Positions 50,374 through 59,395 of a stretch of 64,000 nucleotides of DNA are shown piece by piece (the stretch's first letter is position 1; each line of letters starts with the position of its first letter). The DNA is from Gammaproteobacteria bacterium (GTDB taxonomy: Bacteria; Pseudomonadota; Gammaproteobacteria; Eutrophobiales; Eutrophobiaceae), in NCBI GenBank assembly GCA_965221695.1, contig OZ244905.1, positions 352,001 to 416,000 of the forward strand, written 5' to 3'. The notes under the pieces were generated by a model. It saw only the letters and a list, made by a program, of their open reading frames with translations, searched no databases and was not told the origin of the DNA. Made by a program: the position numbers and the translations under genes.

Positions 50374-51534
50374 CTACTCCTGTTTTAAATACAGAAGAGT
50401 CAAGATTGTGATCATACTTAACAGGATCAAGGCGATGCCTAGAAGGCTCACGGCAGTGAAATCGTTATCCTGGATCATGAATCCGACTACACCGGGGCCT
50501 AGACCGAGGCCGGCAGTCTGAACAGCCCCCATCATCACAACAGCACGTCCTTTGGGATCCAGTTCTGCCATGATTCCGGAGAAATAAGGTTGTGTCAGGT
50601 TCCAGCCGAATAAATACAATAGCGTGGCGATAGCAAAACGCATACCGTCAATATCTCCCATCAGTAATACCAGTCCATAGATGGAAATCACGGCGCTGAT
50701 AATGATCGGCCCTGCTCGACCAAAACGAGTACTGACTGCGGCCGCGATCATCGCGCCGCCTATGCCGCCTATGTTTGACAAGGCAAGACTGTTGCCGATG
50801 GTTTGTCCGGAAAGTCCCGCGTTAGATGCAATACGTTCCATAAACGCCCAGGCTTCTCCTTGCGCCATGAAATAAAAGAAGACCGTGGCTAAACCCAGAC
50901 CAATGAGAACATAAGGCAAAGGCGTCCCGTTATTGCCCCCCGGATCGTTGTGTTCGACCCCATGGGAGATAGGCAACCAGCGCACAAACAGAAAGTTAAT
51001 CGCAACAAGCAGACTAAGCGTCGCAAAGACGTAAGCTTTTCCACCGACGGCAAGGAGCATGGGCATGAAATACAAGAGGATGGTTGCAAGTGTTAAAATC
51101 ACCACCAGGTAAATCCCAAATTGTCGGTCCGGATTATGCGTCCCGCCAAATATGGCAAAAGCTACGGACACGGCCATGCCCTCTCCTATTCCGGCTATCA
51201 GGCGCGCTACCACTATAGCTTGATATGAACTTGCTTGAATGGACAATAAGCTGCCTGCCAGTAATACGACCAACGCTACAAGAGCCAGCATTCGCCAGTT
51301 GTATCGATGGATCAAAAATGCCGTGATAGTCATGGCGACCGCCATGGTAATGATGTCCGCGGACATGACCAGGCCGACCTGGCTTGGGTTCAGTTGCAAG
51401 GTGTCGGCAATCACCCCGACTATTCCTGGCATAATTACAATGGTTAAGGCGCCAATGCTGCCCAGATAGTTTGCCGCAGTTAATGAACGAATGCTGTTCA
51501 GGTCGATATGTTGTATTGTTGGTGATGTTGTCAT
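50374..51534 (-). CDS. MFS transporter
   Basis: About 12 hydrophobic segments, RLIAGIGEG, STRFGR. Confidence 0.88.
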   Translation of the reverse strand: MTTSPTIQHIDLNSIRSLTAANYLGSIGALTIVIMPGIVGVIADTLQLNPSQVGLVMSADIITMAVAMTITAFLIHRYNWRMLALVALVVLLAGSLLSIQASSYQAIVVARLIAGIGEGMAVSVAFAIFGGTHNPDRQFGIYLVVILTLATILLYFMPMLLAVGGKAYVFATLSLLVAINFLFVRWLPISHGVEHNDPGGNNGTPLPYVLIGLGLATVFFYFMAQGEAWAFMERIASNAGLSGQTIGNSLALSNIGGIGGAMIAAAVSTRFGRAGPIIISAVISIYGLVLLMGDIDGMRFAIATLLYLFGWNLTQPYFSGIMAELDPKGRAVVMMGAVQTAGLGLGPGVVGFMIQDNDFTAVSLLGIALILLSMITILTLLYLKQE

Positions 51535-51685
51535 ATATCCAAACCGCTCTCAGCTTGAACAATTCACAGGTAATAGAATTAATAAATAACTTTAAAATAT
51601 AAATATAACTATTTGATAAAATAGTATTTATTTTATAAGAGCATTCCGAAATTAAAGCGCGCAGGGGTTTTAACTCAATCTCCGG

Positions 51686-52561
51686 CTACTGATGGCGTTG
51701 CCGCAGATACTCTCTTTCCAGCTTCTTTATAAAAACCATTTGTTCTCTCTGGATCAACGCCATGTCCAAATCGTCGGCAAAACGCATCGCATAGGCGCCC
51801 CCCCGTGGAAATTCCTTCCATTTATTTCCTGTGGAAAACGCAAACACATCGGCGCTATGCATAGTCAGCTTCACCTTGCCGTCAGACAAATCATCCAAGC
51901 GCCCGGCAATGTGTGATAAAGCCTCGTTGTTGGGTTGGCCGACCCGATCAAATTCCAGTACACGAAAGACAGCGTTGGTCTCCTCATAGGTGTAGCCGAC
52001 AGCTTCAACCTTGTTCAGATATCCCATCATCATGCCGAACAGCAAGCGCGCAGATAGCGGATTCAGGTAGCCCTTGCTGCCGGCATCAACAACAGTATGT
52101 ATCACAGCAGGCTTTATGCCTTGATCAAGCGATACGTGGCACAACAACAGAACGCTGTCCTGAAAATAGATATACCCGATCATCGATGCCAGGGAAATAA
52201 TATCTTCAGCGGTGGCATCAGCGGCCATATTCAAACGGGCATTGATGGAGATGCCGGATACACCTTGGTAACCACCTTGGGTAATCAATGAAACCCCTGG
52301 CTTTATCCTGTCGGCAAGTCCGGGGCTGATAGCCAGTATTGATTCAAGACGTTTGCTTTCGGTGCGGGACAGCGTTTTGCGTTGTTCCCAATTCAATGCG
52401 GCAACGGCGTCAAAAACTTTTGCCTCGATCCGGCTAGCCGCATCCCTGTTTGGGAATACCACGTAGAACAATTCACAATCGGGTCTTGATATTTTGTCCG
52501 CGGCGGCGAAAACAGACAACGGAAAAAGAAAAAGGAAACTTATTCTTGCCAGTCTTGACAC
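51686..52561 (-). CDS. Exported hypothetical protein
   Basis: 291-aa ORF with a signal peptide (LSVFA), GTG start and GGGG RBS; no family recognised. Confidence 0.7.
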   Translation of the reverse strand: MSRLARISFLFLFPLSVFAAADKISRPDCELFYVVFPNRDAASRIEAKVFDAVAALNWEQRKTLSRTESKRLESILAISPGLADRIKPGVSLITQGGYQGVSGISINARLNMAADATAEDIISLASMIGYIYFQDSVLLLCHVSLDQGIKPAVIHTVVDAGSKGYLNPLSARLLFGMMMGYLNKVEAVGYTYEETNAVFRVLEFDRVGQPNNEALSHIAGRLDDLSDGKVKLTMHSADVFAFSTGNKWKEFPRGGAYAMRFADDLDMALIQREQMVFIKKLEREYLRQRHQ

Positions 52562-52579
52562 GATTTATCCCCAATTATG

Positions 52580-52625
52580 AAACAGAAAACAACTGCGCTA
52601 TTGTTTTGATAGTTCAATAGCGCAG
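52580..52625 (-). terminator. Intrinsic terminator after the TonB receptor
   Basis: CTGCGCTATTG/CAATAGCGCAG stem followed by a T-rich tract on the minus strand. Confidence 0.65.
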
Positions 52626-52638
52626 CCAGAAGCCCGAA

Positions 52639-55086
52639 TCAGTAACTGAAATTTGTCCTCACGTAAATAAAGCGACCATTAACGCCGATCGGTGAGAGAA
52701 CATCGTATGGCAGGTTACCAAAATAGCTGATGTCGAATATCGATTCGTCAGGATATTCATCAAGAAGGTTATTCCCCCCTGCCGATATACGCCAGTTGTC
52801 ATTAATGGCATACTCGATATCAGCATCGACAGACCATTCGGCCCCATAGACCTGCTGCGGCTCAAAACCGCCGCCGAAATCGAATATCCGTTCCGTTTCT
52901 CCGAAACGGGTCGCCCGCACCAGTGCGGATATGGTTTCGTTGGACCATGAACCGGTGAGAATCAGCTTATCTTCCGGCGCTGCCGTCTCGTAGGTGTTCT
53001 GCTCTTCGATACCCATAATCACCCGGTTCGGCTCATTGACAATATCAGTATCGGTGTTGTTATACGCAACCGAGAAACTCCAGCCCTCACGCCGGTAGGA
53101 TGCAACCACGTCAAACCCGGTGGTCTCCGTGTCTGCAACATTGGTAAAAAAACGCACTCCGCCAACACCGGGCACACCATCAACAGGAATATTCTGGGAC
53201 AGCGCAATACGATCATCGATATCCACCTCGAAGTAATCAAAGGTCAAACTGATACCGTTATCATTGAACCAGGTAAAACCGATGCTTTTACTCAGTGATT
53301 CTTCAGCATCAAGGGCCTCTGCGCCATTTTCCAGCGCAATCGGATCAGTCACGGGCAGACTCAAAGTTCTGACCAGCGCGCCGCCTGTGCCATAACTGGT
53401 CGTCGTGCCGGTGAAAAATGCCTGTGCGAGAGAGGGCGCGCGGAAGCCGGTGCTGATACTTGCGCGGATGCCGAAGCCCGGGAACAGCTCGTAGCGAGCC
53501 GCAGCCTTGCCGTTAACCGTATCGCCGAAATCATCGTAATCTTCAAACCTGCCTGCCACCGACAACAGCAGATCCTCAGTAATATCAAACTCCAGGTCGA
53601 CATATGCCGACCAGGCAAACCGGTCCTCATCGACTTCATCGGAAGGTTGTAATCCCGGACCGCTTTGCGCGCCGATCTTGGATGTATCGCTGTTACCGAA
53701 TGTGATACACACTGCACAGGCTACCGCGTTCCCTGCAATATAGGATTCCGGATCACCTGCCTTCGTGCTGTAATCCTCAAATCGAAACTCCAGTCCCGCT
53801 GCGGCATTGACCGGGATCGCGCCGAGTTCCATTCCCCTGGAAACATCAAGATTGAGCACAGTCTGCGAATAGTCATACTCGCCCCGGTAAAATTCAGTCG
53901 GACTGGCAGTACCCAGCGAAGAGTTGAGCGTGTTCTTTACGCTGTCGGAAAACTCGTTGGAACCGTATACTACGCTCGCATCGATGAGCCAGCCACCGGC
54001 CAACTCCCCGGTGATGCCGCCGGCAATAGAGAAGTCAGTGATGTCCGCGTCACTTATCGGCAAAAACCCGTTGGGATAGATTGACATGACGTTATTTGCG
54101 CTGACCGGATAGCGAAAGAAATTATAGCCTTCGCCGTCACGCTCGGAGTAACTGCCGAAACTGTATAACTCAAAGCCTGAATCCAACTCATAGCCGGCGT
54201 TGAACATCAGGTTGATATCACTTGCTTCGCCATCGCCTTCACGATAGTTGCGCATGCCTGCCAACGCATCATTCGGGGCCGCTTCCGGTGTCCCGCTGGA
54301 CGGGACCGGTGCGATGAATTCAGCAAAACCAATCGTCGGCAACTGGTCGAAACTCGACCGGTTAGTCGATGATCGGTCACGGTATTCAGCGCTCAGGTTA
54401 AGAAAGCCGTTGGCGAAAGAAAATCCGTGGTTGGCGCTGACAGTGACTGTTTCCCCGTCCGTGATATTCTTGTCAACCGGGTCCAGCTCCGTGATGTGGC
54501 CCCCATAGGAAACCGAGATATTACCCCCTTCAGTATTGTCTTTCAGCACGATGTTGATGACGCCCGCAATAGCATCCGAACCGTACTGGGCCGCAGCCCC
54601 ATCGCGTAATACCTCTATGCGTTCAATCGCGCTGGTCGGGATATTATTGAAATCTACGGCAGCGCTGCCTCTGCCCACCTTCGATTCAGTACTGATGACC
54701 GAATTGACATGGCGCCGCTTGCCATTTACCAGGACCAGCACCTGGTCCGGACTCAAACCCCTTAATTGCGCCGACCTGACAATGTCGGTCTGCCCGGAAT
54801 TGGATTGGCGCGGCATGCTGAAAGAAGCCACGGCGGCCTGCAGCAAACCGCCCAGTTCGCCGGCAATATTGGGTGACCTGACCAGGTCGTCAGCGGTGAT
54901 GATATCCACCGGCACCAGACTGTCTTCAATCGCGCGGGTCTGGGAACGTGTGCCGATAGTAACGATTTCTTCAATCTCGTTATCGGCAGCAGACGCTGAT
55001 TCCTGTGCGATCGGCTGCAATGTGCAGACGGACAGGGATAACAGGTACATTGCAGGAACGCTTAACAGGCTATTGAATAATTTCAT
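52639..55086 (-). CDS. TonB-dependent receptor
   Basis: Signal peptide, IEEIVTIG, LRGL..VLVNGKRR, ERIEVLRDGAAAQYGSDAIAGVINI, aromatic C-terminus. Confidence 0.95.
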   Translation of the reverse strand: MKLFNSLLSVPAMYLLSLSVCTLQPIAQESASAADNEIEEIVTIGTRSQTRAIEDSLVPVDIITADDLVRSPNIAGELGGLLQAAVASFSMPRQSNSGQTDIVRSAQLRGLSPDQVLVLVNGKRRHVNSVISTESKVGRGSAAVDFNNIPTSAIERIEVLRDGAAAQYGSDAIAGVINIVLKDNTEGGNISVSYGGHITELDPVDKNITDGETVTVSANHGFSFANGFLNLSAEYRDRSSTNRSSFDQLPTIGFAEFIAPVPSSGTPEAAPNDALAGMRNYREGDGEASDINLMFNAGYELDSGFELYSFGSYSERDGEGYNFFRYPVSANNVMSIYPNGFLPISDADITDFSIAGGITGELAGGWLIDASVVYGSNEFSDSVKNTLNSSLGTASPTEFYRGEYDYSQTVLNLDVSRGMELGAIPVNAAAGLEFRFEDYSTKAGDPESYIAGNAVACAVCITFGNSDTSKIGAQSGPGLQPSDEVDEDRFAWSAYVDLEFDITEDLLLSVAGRFEDYDDFGDTVNGKAAARYELFPGFGIRASISTGFRAPSLAQAFFTGTTTSYGTGGALVRTLSLPVTDPIALENGAEALDAEESLSKSIGFTWFNDNGISLTFDYFEVDIDDRIALSQNIPVDGVPGVGGVRFFTNVADTETTGFDVVASYRREGWSFSVAYNNTDTDIVNEPNRVIMGIEEQNTYETAAPEDKLILTGSWSNETISALVRATRFGETERIFDFGGGFEPQQVYGAEWSVDADIEYAINDNWRISAGGNNLLDEYPDESIFDISYFGNLPYDVLSPIGVNGRFIYVRTNFSY

Positions 55087-55149
55087 AATATTCTCTTCCG
55101 GTAGTTTGCTGTGATCTGTAAAGGTCAGATTCTATCAAAATTCATTTAA

Positions 55150-55179
55150 AGAAGCTCTGAGACTTAACCCAGAGCTTCC
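55150..55179. repeat. Minimal palindromic repeat (family A)
   Basis: TTAA-AGAAGCTCTGAGACTTAACCCAGAGCTTCC-CTAA. Confidence 0.8.
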
Positions 55180-55230
55180 CTAATATAATTTACACAGAAA
55201 AAGCGTACCAGCTTCGATGGATTTGCCGTC

Positions 55231-55665
55231 TCATAAGTCGGCCATACAACCCGGTTTTACCGCGACCCAGACCAGGTGGATCGGTTCATCTCCGGAATTC
55301 TGCGACTCGTGGTCGGCGTCCAGCCCAAGCCCTTCATCGCTCCAGCCGATCTCGCCATCAGGCGCTACATAAGTCTCTGTTTTGTCTCCATAACGCACTG
55401 TCCACTCACCACCTTTAACATGGATATAAAGTTGATTCGGTGGATGTTTATGCACACCTTCCCATTGTCCGGGTGGAATGATAAATCTCTGCACGACAAG
55501 CGTGTCATTATCCAGCAAGATCTCACCGGGGATATTGGGGTAGAACTGGTGGCACGGGCTCGCCGGCCCATCTGCGCCGTGCGTTGCGGTGACGACAAGA
55601 TTTATCAGTAACAGCGATATAGTTTTCCTGATATAACATAATTTTTGCATGTTGGCCTTGATCAT
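55231..55665 (-). CDS. Exported cupin-domain protein
   Basis: Signal peptide, IPPGQWEGVHKHP..HESQNSG cupin motifs; AGGAGG RBS. Confidence 0.8.
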   Translation of the reverse strand: MIKANMQKLCYIRKTISLLLINLVVTATHGADGPASPCHQFYPNIPGEILLDNDTLVVQRFIIPPGQWEGVHKHPPNQLYIHVKGGEWTVRYGDKTETYVAPDGEIGWSDEGLGLDADHESQNSGDEPIHLVWVAVKPGCMADL

Positions 55666-55688
55666 AAAACATCCTCCTATTGTTCTAA

Positions 55689-55717
55689 GGAAGCTATGAG
55701 ACTTAATCAGAGGTTCA
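55689..55717. repeat. Minimal palindromic repeat (family A)
   Basis: CTAA-GGAAGCTATGAGACTTAATCAGAGGTTCA-TTAA. Confidence 0.8.
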
Positions 55718-55781
55718 TTAATTGACTATGGACGCCTATGCGCAGGGTCGAAAAGTGTGCTAACGGGCAACCCTGGGTGAT

Positions 55782-56951
55782 CTAGAGGCGCTCTCTCTGC
55801 GCCAGCAAACCCGGAATCAGGATGAGGGCGCTGGCGATGAACAGTATTGTCGCCACGGTGTAGACATTGTCATAATTGCTCCTGCCGAGAATGGTTGCGG
55901 CGATGAAGGGGCCGATAGCATAGCCCGCCGTCTGCATGCAGATGCCGTAAATCACTACCTTGCCCCGGCGGTCAAATGAGGCCAGGGTTGCCAGCAGGTA
56001 GGGCATACTCACGTTCCACAGGAAATTAAACAGGCAGACACCCAAGGCGAAATGGAACAGGGCGATCTTGCCGACCAGCAAGTAGATGCCGATGGCGGTA
56101 CCTGTGATGCTCACCTGCAAAGGAATAATACGGCCGATGCGTAGCTGCAAAACCACGGCAACAAAGGCGCCGGCAATACCCAGGAACTGGGAGACTGTCA
56201 GGACATTGGCCACGGTCTGCTCGGCAATACCCGCTTCCAGCCCAAGCAGGAACAGGTAAGCCCAGACGATACCTATGGAGGTGTTATAGACCAGAATGGC
56301 AAACAGGGACAGCCCTTTCAAGCGCCAGGAATAACCCATCGGTTCTGGCGTTGAGCGCCGCAAGTGGTGAACGCCCGAACGCGGCAGGTAGCGGACGAAC
56401 AACAGCCCCGATAGATTGAACAAGGCAAAAAACAGCAGAACGCCATTCATGCCGATCCCGGCAAACGCAGTGGGCATAACCAGGATGCCGAGGGCGCCGT
56501 AGATTAATACCCAGGTGATGATGTAACCGAAATTCCTGTCGGATTTGTCGGTGAGACCCATCATGGCAAAGGTCAACGACATCAGCCCGCCGGAACCCAT
56601 GCCGGTGAGGAAGCGCACTGCCGCCAGCGACTCAAAATCCGTCAGTGAAAGCGACATGAGGTTGCCTGTGGTGGCAATGATGAGACACAGCAGCGTGAGC
56701 TTGCGCCAGTCAAAACGCGCCTCCAAAAAGATAAGCAGCATGGTGGTGAAAGCGATGCCGAACATCTCCGCAGAGGCGATATACCCCGCCTGTTCCTCGC
56801 TGAAGTCCAGATATTCAACCAGGCCCTGAACATAACCCGGCTGCAGGATAAAGACACAAGGGGCAATGACCGCGATATAAACCACCGCAACGATCGGCAT
56901 GCGCGCATTTACATCCACCGGACCGGCGCTATTTCCCAATAACCATCGCAT
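55782..56951 (-). CDS. MFS transporter (paralog of 50374-51534)
   Basis: About 12 TMs; shares SAEM/SADI, WR.L, DR.FG, WAY/WAF, WN...PY, D..G patterns with the other MFS. Confidence 0.88.
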   Translation of the reverse strand: MRWLLGNSAGPVDVNARMPIVAVVYIAVIAPCVFILQPGYVQGLVEYLDFSEEQAGYIASAEMFGIAFTTMLLIFLEARFDWRKLTLLCLIIATTGNLMSLSLTDFESLAAVRFLTGMGSGGLMSLTFAMMGLTDKSDRNFGYIITWVLIYGALGILVMPTAFAGIGMNGVLLFFALFNLSGLLFVRYLPRSGVHHLRRSTPEPMGYSWRLKGLSLFAILVYNTSIGIVWAYLFLLGLEAGIAEQTVANVLTVSQFLGIAGAFVAVVLQLRIGRIIPLQVSITGTAIGIYLLVGKIALFHFALGVCLFNFLWNVSMPYLLATLASFDRRGKVVIYGICMQTAGYAIGPFIAATILGRSNYDNVYTVATILFIASALILIPGLLAQRERL

Positions 56952-57062
56952 AGCACTCCCCCTTTGTATTACAGTAGTTTTACTGGAGCTTGAAGCTGTT
57001 AAAGTTAAGGATGTTGATCAATTCAATCTAGGATTTGTCTGCGCTCGCAAATTTGTGCTGTA

Positions 57063-57091
57063 GAAACCTCTGATTTAATCTCAACGGTTGC
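57063..57091. repeat. Degenerate family A palindrome abutting the aminotransferase stop codon
   Basis: GAAACCTCTGATTTAATCTCAACGGTTGC-TTAA; the TTAA contains the minus-strand TAA stop. Confidence 0.7.
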
Positions 57092-58465
57092 TTAAACACT
57101 GCTTAACACATCCAGCAATATATCCACGGCCTTGTTCATGTAGTCACGGGTGATAGTTAACGAGGGCATGAGACGCAACACGTTGCCGTTGCGGCCGCAG
57201 GGCACCATGATGATGCCGTTTGCTAACAGGCCCATCACCACTTTCATCATCGTGTCTGCGCCGGCAGGTTCCCGGGTGTGCTTGTCTGTCACCAGTTCAA
57301 TGCCGATCATCAATCCCCTGCCCCGCGCTTCACCAATAATGGGCAGTTTATCAGAGGCGCCCTGTAAACGTTCCAGGACTTCTTTGCCGAGCTGCGCAGC
57401 CCGCTCTACCAACTCGCCTTCCTGGATGATGGCAATATTGGTCATGGTAACCGCAGAAGAGACCGCATTGGCGGCAAAGGTCTGGGGTTGCGACATGTCG
57501 TCAAGCTGTTGCGCCAGTTCTTTGCGCATAATCACGCCGGCCATGGGCAGATCTCCGCCCATGCCTTTGCCGAAGGTCATCATGTCCGGTTCTACCCCGG
57601 TATGTTCGATAGACCACATTTTCCCAGTGCGGCCGGTACCCGCCTGAACCTCGTCCGCGACAAACAGCGCGCCGTGTTTCTCACAGGCAGCTTTGACCCG
57701 AAGGAAGAACTCAGGCGCCGGCGGCACATAGCCTCCTTCGCCCTGGACCGGCTCAACGATTACCGCGGCCACATCGTCCGCTGCCGTGTACGGTGTGTTC
57801 AACAGGTAATCCACATAGTCGCCGCAGACTTCCTCGCAGGTCTTATCTCCCAAGGGCAGTGGAAAACGATACGCGTAGGGGTACGGCGCATGGATTACGC
57901 CGCCCATGAAGGGGCCGTAGCCCTTGCGGTACTGATCACCCGTGGTCAACGCGTTGGAGGCGGCCCAGACACCGTGGTAAGCCCCATGAAAGGCCAGGAT
58001 CTGGTTGCGCCCGGTTACCCGGCGGGCAAATTTGATAGCGCATTCCAACGCCCCGCTACCGCTCTGAGTGAAATAGCTGATACAGTTGTTGCGGAGACCC
58101 GGCGGCGCGATGGAAGCAATCATTTTCGCCAGTTCGCCGCGCTTGGTATTGCTGATATCCGAAGCATGCATGAGTATCCTGGACTGGCGTTCCATGGTCT
58201 CGATCACCCTGGGATGAGACCGCCCTACGCTGCTGACGCCAACACCGGCTGACACATCGATATACAGGTTGCCGTCCGGATCCTTCACCGTTACTCCCTT
58301 GCCCACATCGAATACCAGCGGAAAGCCGCCGCCACCTCGGGTCATCGATTCAAATTTCGGCGCCTCGGCCAGCATTGCAGCCGCCTTCGGGCCGGGCACG
58401 CCATCAGTGATGATATTCGGCGCATCAGCAAAAGATAGTTCTGCCAGTTCCTGTTCTGAGATCAT
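57092..58465 (-). CDS. Class III aminotransferase (GabT/amine transaminase-like)
   Basis: SGSGALE, FHGAYHG, EPVQGEGGY, ADEVQAG.GRTG, FGKGMGG; GGAGA RBS before MISEQ. Confidence 0.92.
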   Translation of the reverse strand: MISEQELAELSFADAPNIITDGVPGPKAAAMLAEAPKFESMTRGGGGFPLVFDVGKGVTVKDPDGNLYIDVSAGVGVSSVGRSHPRVIETMERQSRILMHASDISNTKRGELAKMIASIAPPGLRNNCISYFTQSGSGALECAIKFARRVTGRNQILAFHGAYHGVWAASNALTTGDQYRKGYGPFMGGVIHAPYPYAYRFPLPLGDKTCEEVCGDYVDYLLNTPYTAADDVAAVIVEPVQGEGGYVPPAPEFFLRVKAACEKHGALFVADEVQAGTGRTGKMWSIEHTGVEPDMMTFGKGMGGDLPMAGVIMRKELAQQLDDMSQPQTFAANAVSSAVTMTNIAIIQEGELVERAAQLGKEVLERLQGASDKLPIIGEARGRGLMIGIELVTDKHTREPAGADTMMKVVMGLLANGIIMVPCGRNGNVLRLMPSLTITRDYMNKAVDILLDVLSSV

Positions 58466-58496
58466 GGTAGTCTCCGGTATAGTCAAGATATGTCCA

Positions 58497-58540
58497 GGAG
58501 TTCTCTGACTTAATCAGAGGTTCCTTAAGTCAGAGTTCCT
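58497..58540. repeat. Family A palindrome with an extra half-unit
   Basis: GGAGTTCTCTGACTTAATCAGAGGTTCC-TTAA-GTCAGAGTTCCT. Confidence 0.8.
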
Positions 58541-58650
58541 TTAGTTTATCAGGTATCCAAATCGTTTACTTCCACTAGTACTCCAATTTCAAGGCGCAGG
58601 CGAGACACTCGCCTCCAGGGTAAAGACCTTGTAAGGAATCTTGTTGTCTG

Positions 58651-58676
58651 CTGGATTCCCGTTGTTGCGAGAATGG
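58651..58676. repeat. dRS3/REP-like element
   Basis: CTGGATTCCC-GTTGTTGC-GAGAATGG. Confidence 0.55.
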
Positions 58677-58721
58677 TCAGCGCTAACGCATAATATCGGA
58701 TTAAACAATCAGGTTCCTTGA

Positions 58722-59360
58722 ATGTCTTCTGAACTGTCACCCCACAATACCGCGTTACTGATCGTAGATATGAGCCTGGATTTTTTACAGGCCGACGCGC
58801 CGTTCGAGACTCAAGCAGGACGGGTTATGCTACCGCAACTTGCGAAATTTATTCGATATTGTCGCTCGATAAAATTGCCGATCATTTATTTAAACCATGT
58901 TCATCACCCGGGAGCAAACGACAAAGGTACCCTGGCTGACCGTTTTCCCCTGATTCGGGACGGGAAGGCTGTGCGCGCCGGTACTGAAGGCGTCACCATC
59001 TGGCCAGATATTGCGCCTGAAGCCAACGATATGGTCATCGAGAAGATCAGGCAATCCGGCTTTATGTACACCAGGTTGGAGGCAACGCTTAAAGATTTAG
59101 GCGTAACCCACCTCCTCATGGCCGGTGTTTCAACCGGCGCTTGTGTTGAATCCACCGCTCGAGACGCGGTGTCCAGGGACTATAACGTTTGCATGCTGAG
59201 CGATGTCACCGCGGCATCCGGCATAGCCGACCAGGGCTGGGGCGTCGTTGACTCAGATACCCTACAAAGAGTGTTTCTAACCAATTTCGCCCGCCACTTC
59301 GGAAAAGTGGCTTCGACCGAAGAATTAATGGCCGGCCCGCTTGCAAAAAGTCCACCCTGA
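58722..59360 (+). CDS. Isochorismatase-family cysteine hydrolase
   Basis: TALLIVDM (Asp), IEKIRQSGF (Lys), AGVSTGACVESTARDA (Cys). Confidence 0.9.
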   Translation: MSSELSPHNTALLIVDMSLDFLQADAPFETQAGRVMLPQLAKFIRYCRSIKLPIIYLNHVHHPGANDKGTLADRFPLIRDGKAVRAGTEGVTIWPDIAPEANDMVIEKIRQSGFMYTRLEATLKDLGVTHLLMAGVSTGACVESTARDAVSRDYNVCMLSDVTAASGIADQGWGVVDSDTLQRVFLTNFARHFGKVASTEELMAGPLAKSPP

Positions 59361-59395
59361 GCATACGGGTGGACCCACGGATGCCGCAGTTTGTT

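Noticed and set aside
51560-51660. Very AT-rich tract as an origin or regulatory array
   Set aside because: No iterons, DnaA boxes or clear dyad; probably promoter DNA or eroded repeat
9241-58540. Family A palindromes as CRISPR repeats or integron attC sites
   Set aside because: Dispersed rather than regularly spaced, no cas or intI gene in the window, and no RYYYAAC/GTTRRRY ends
58683-58710. Second dif-like site (CTAACGCATAA-TATCGG-...)
   Set aside because: Only the XerC-like arm resembles dif; there is no TTATGTTAAAT arm
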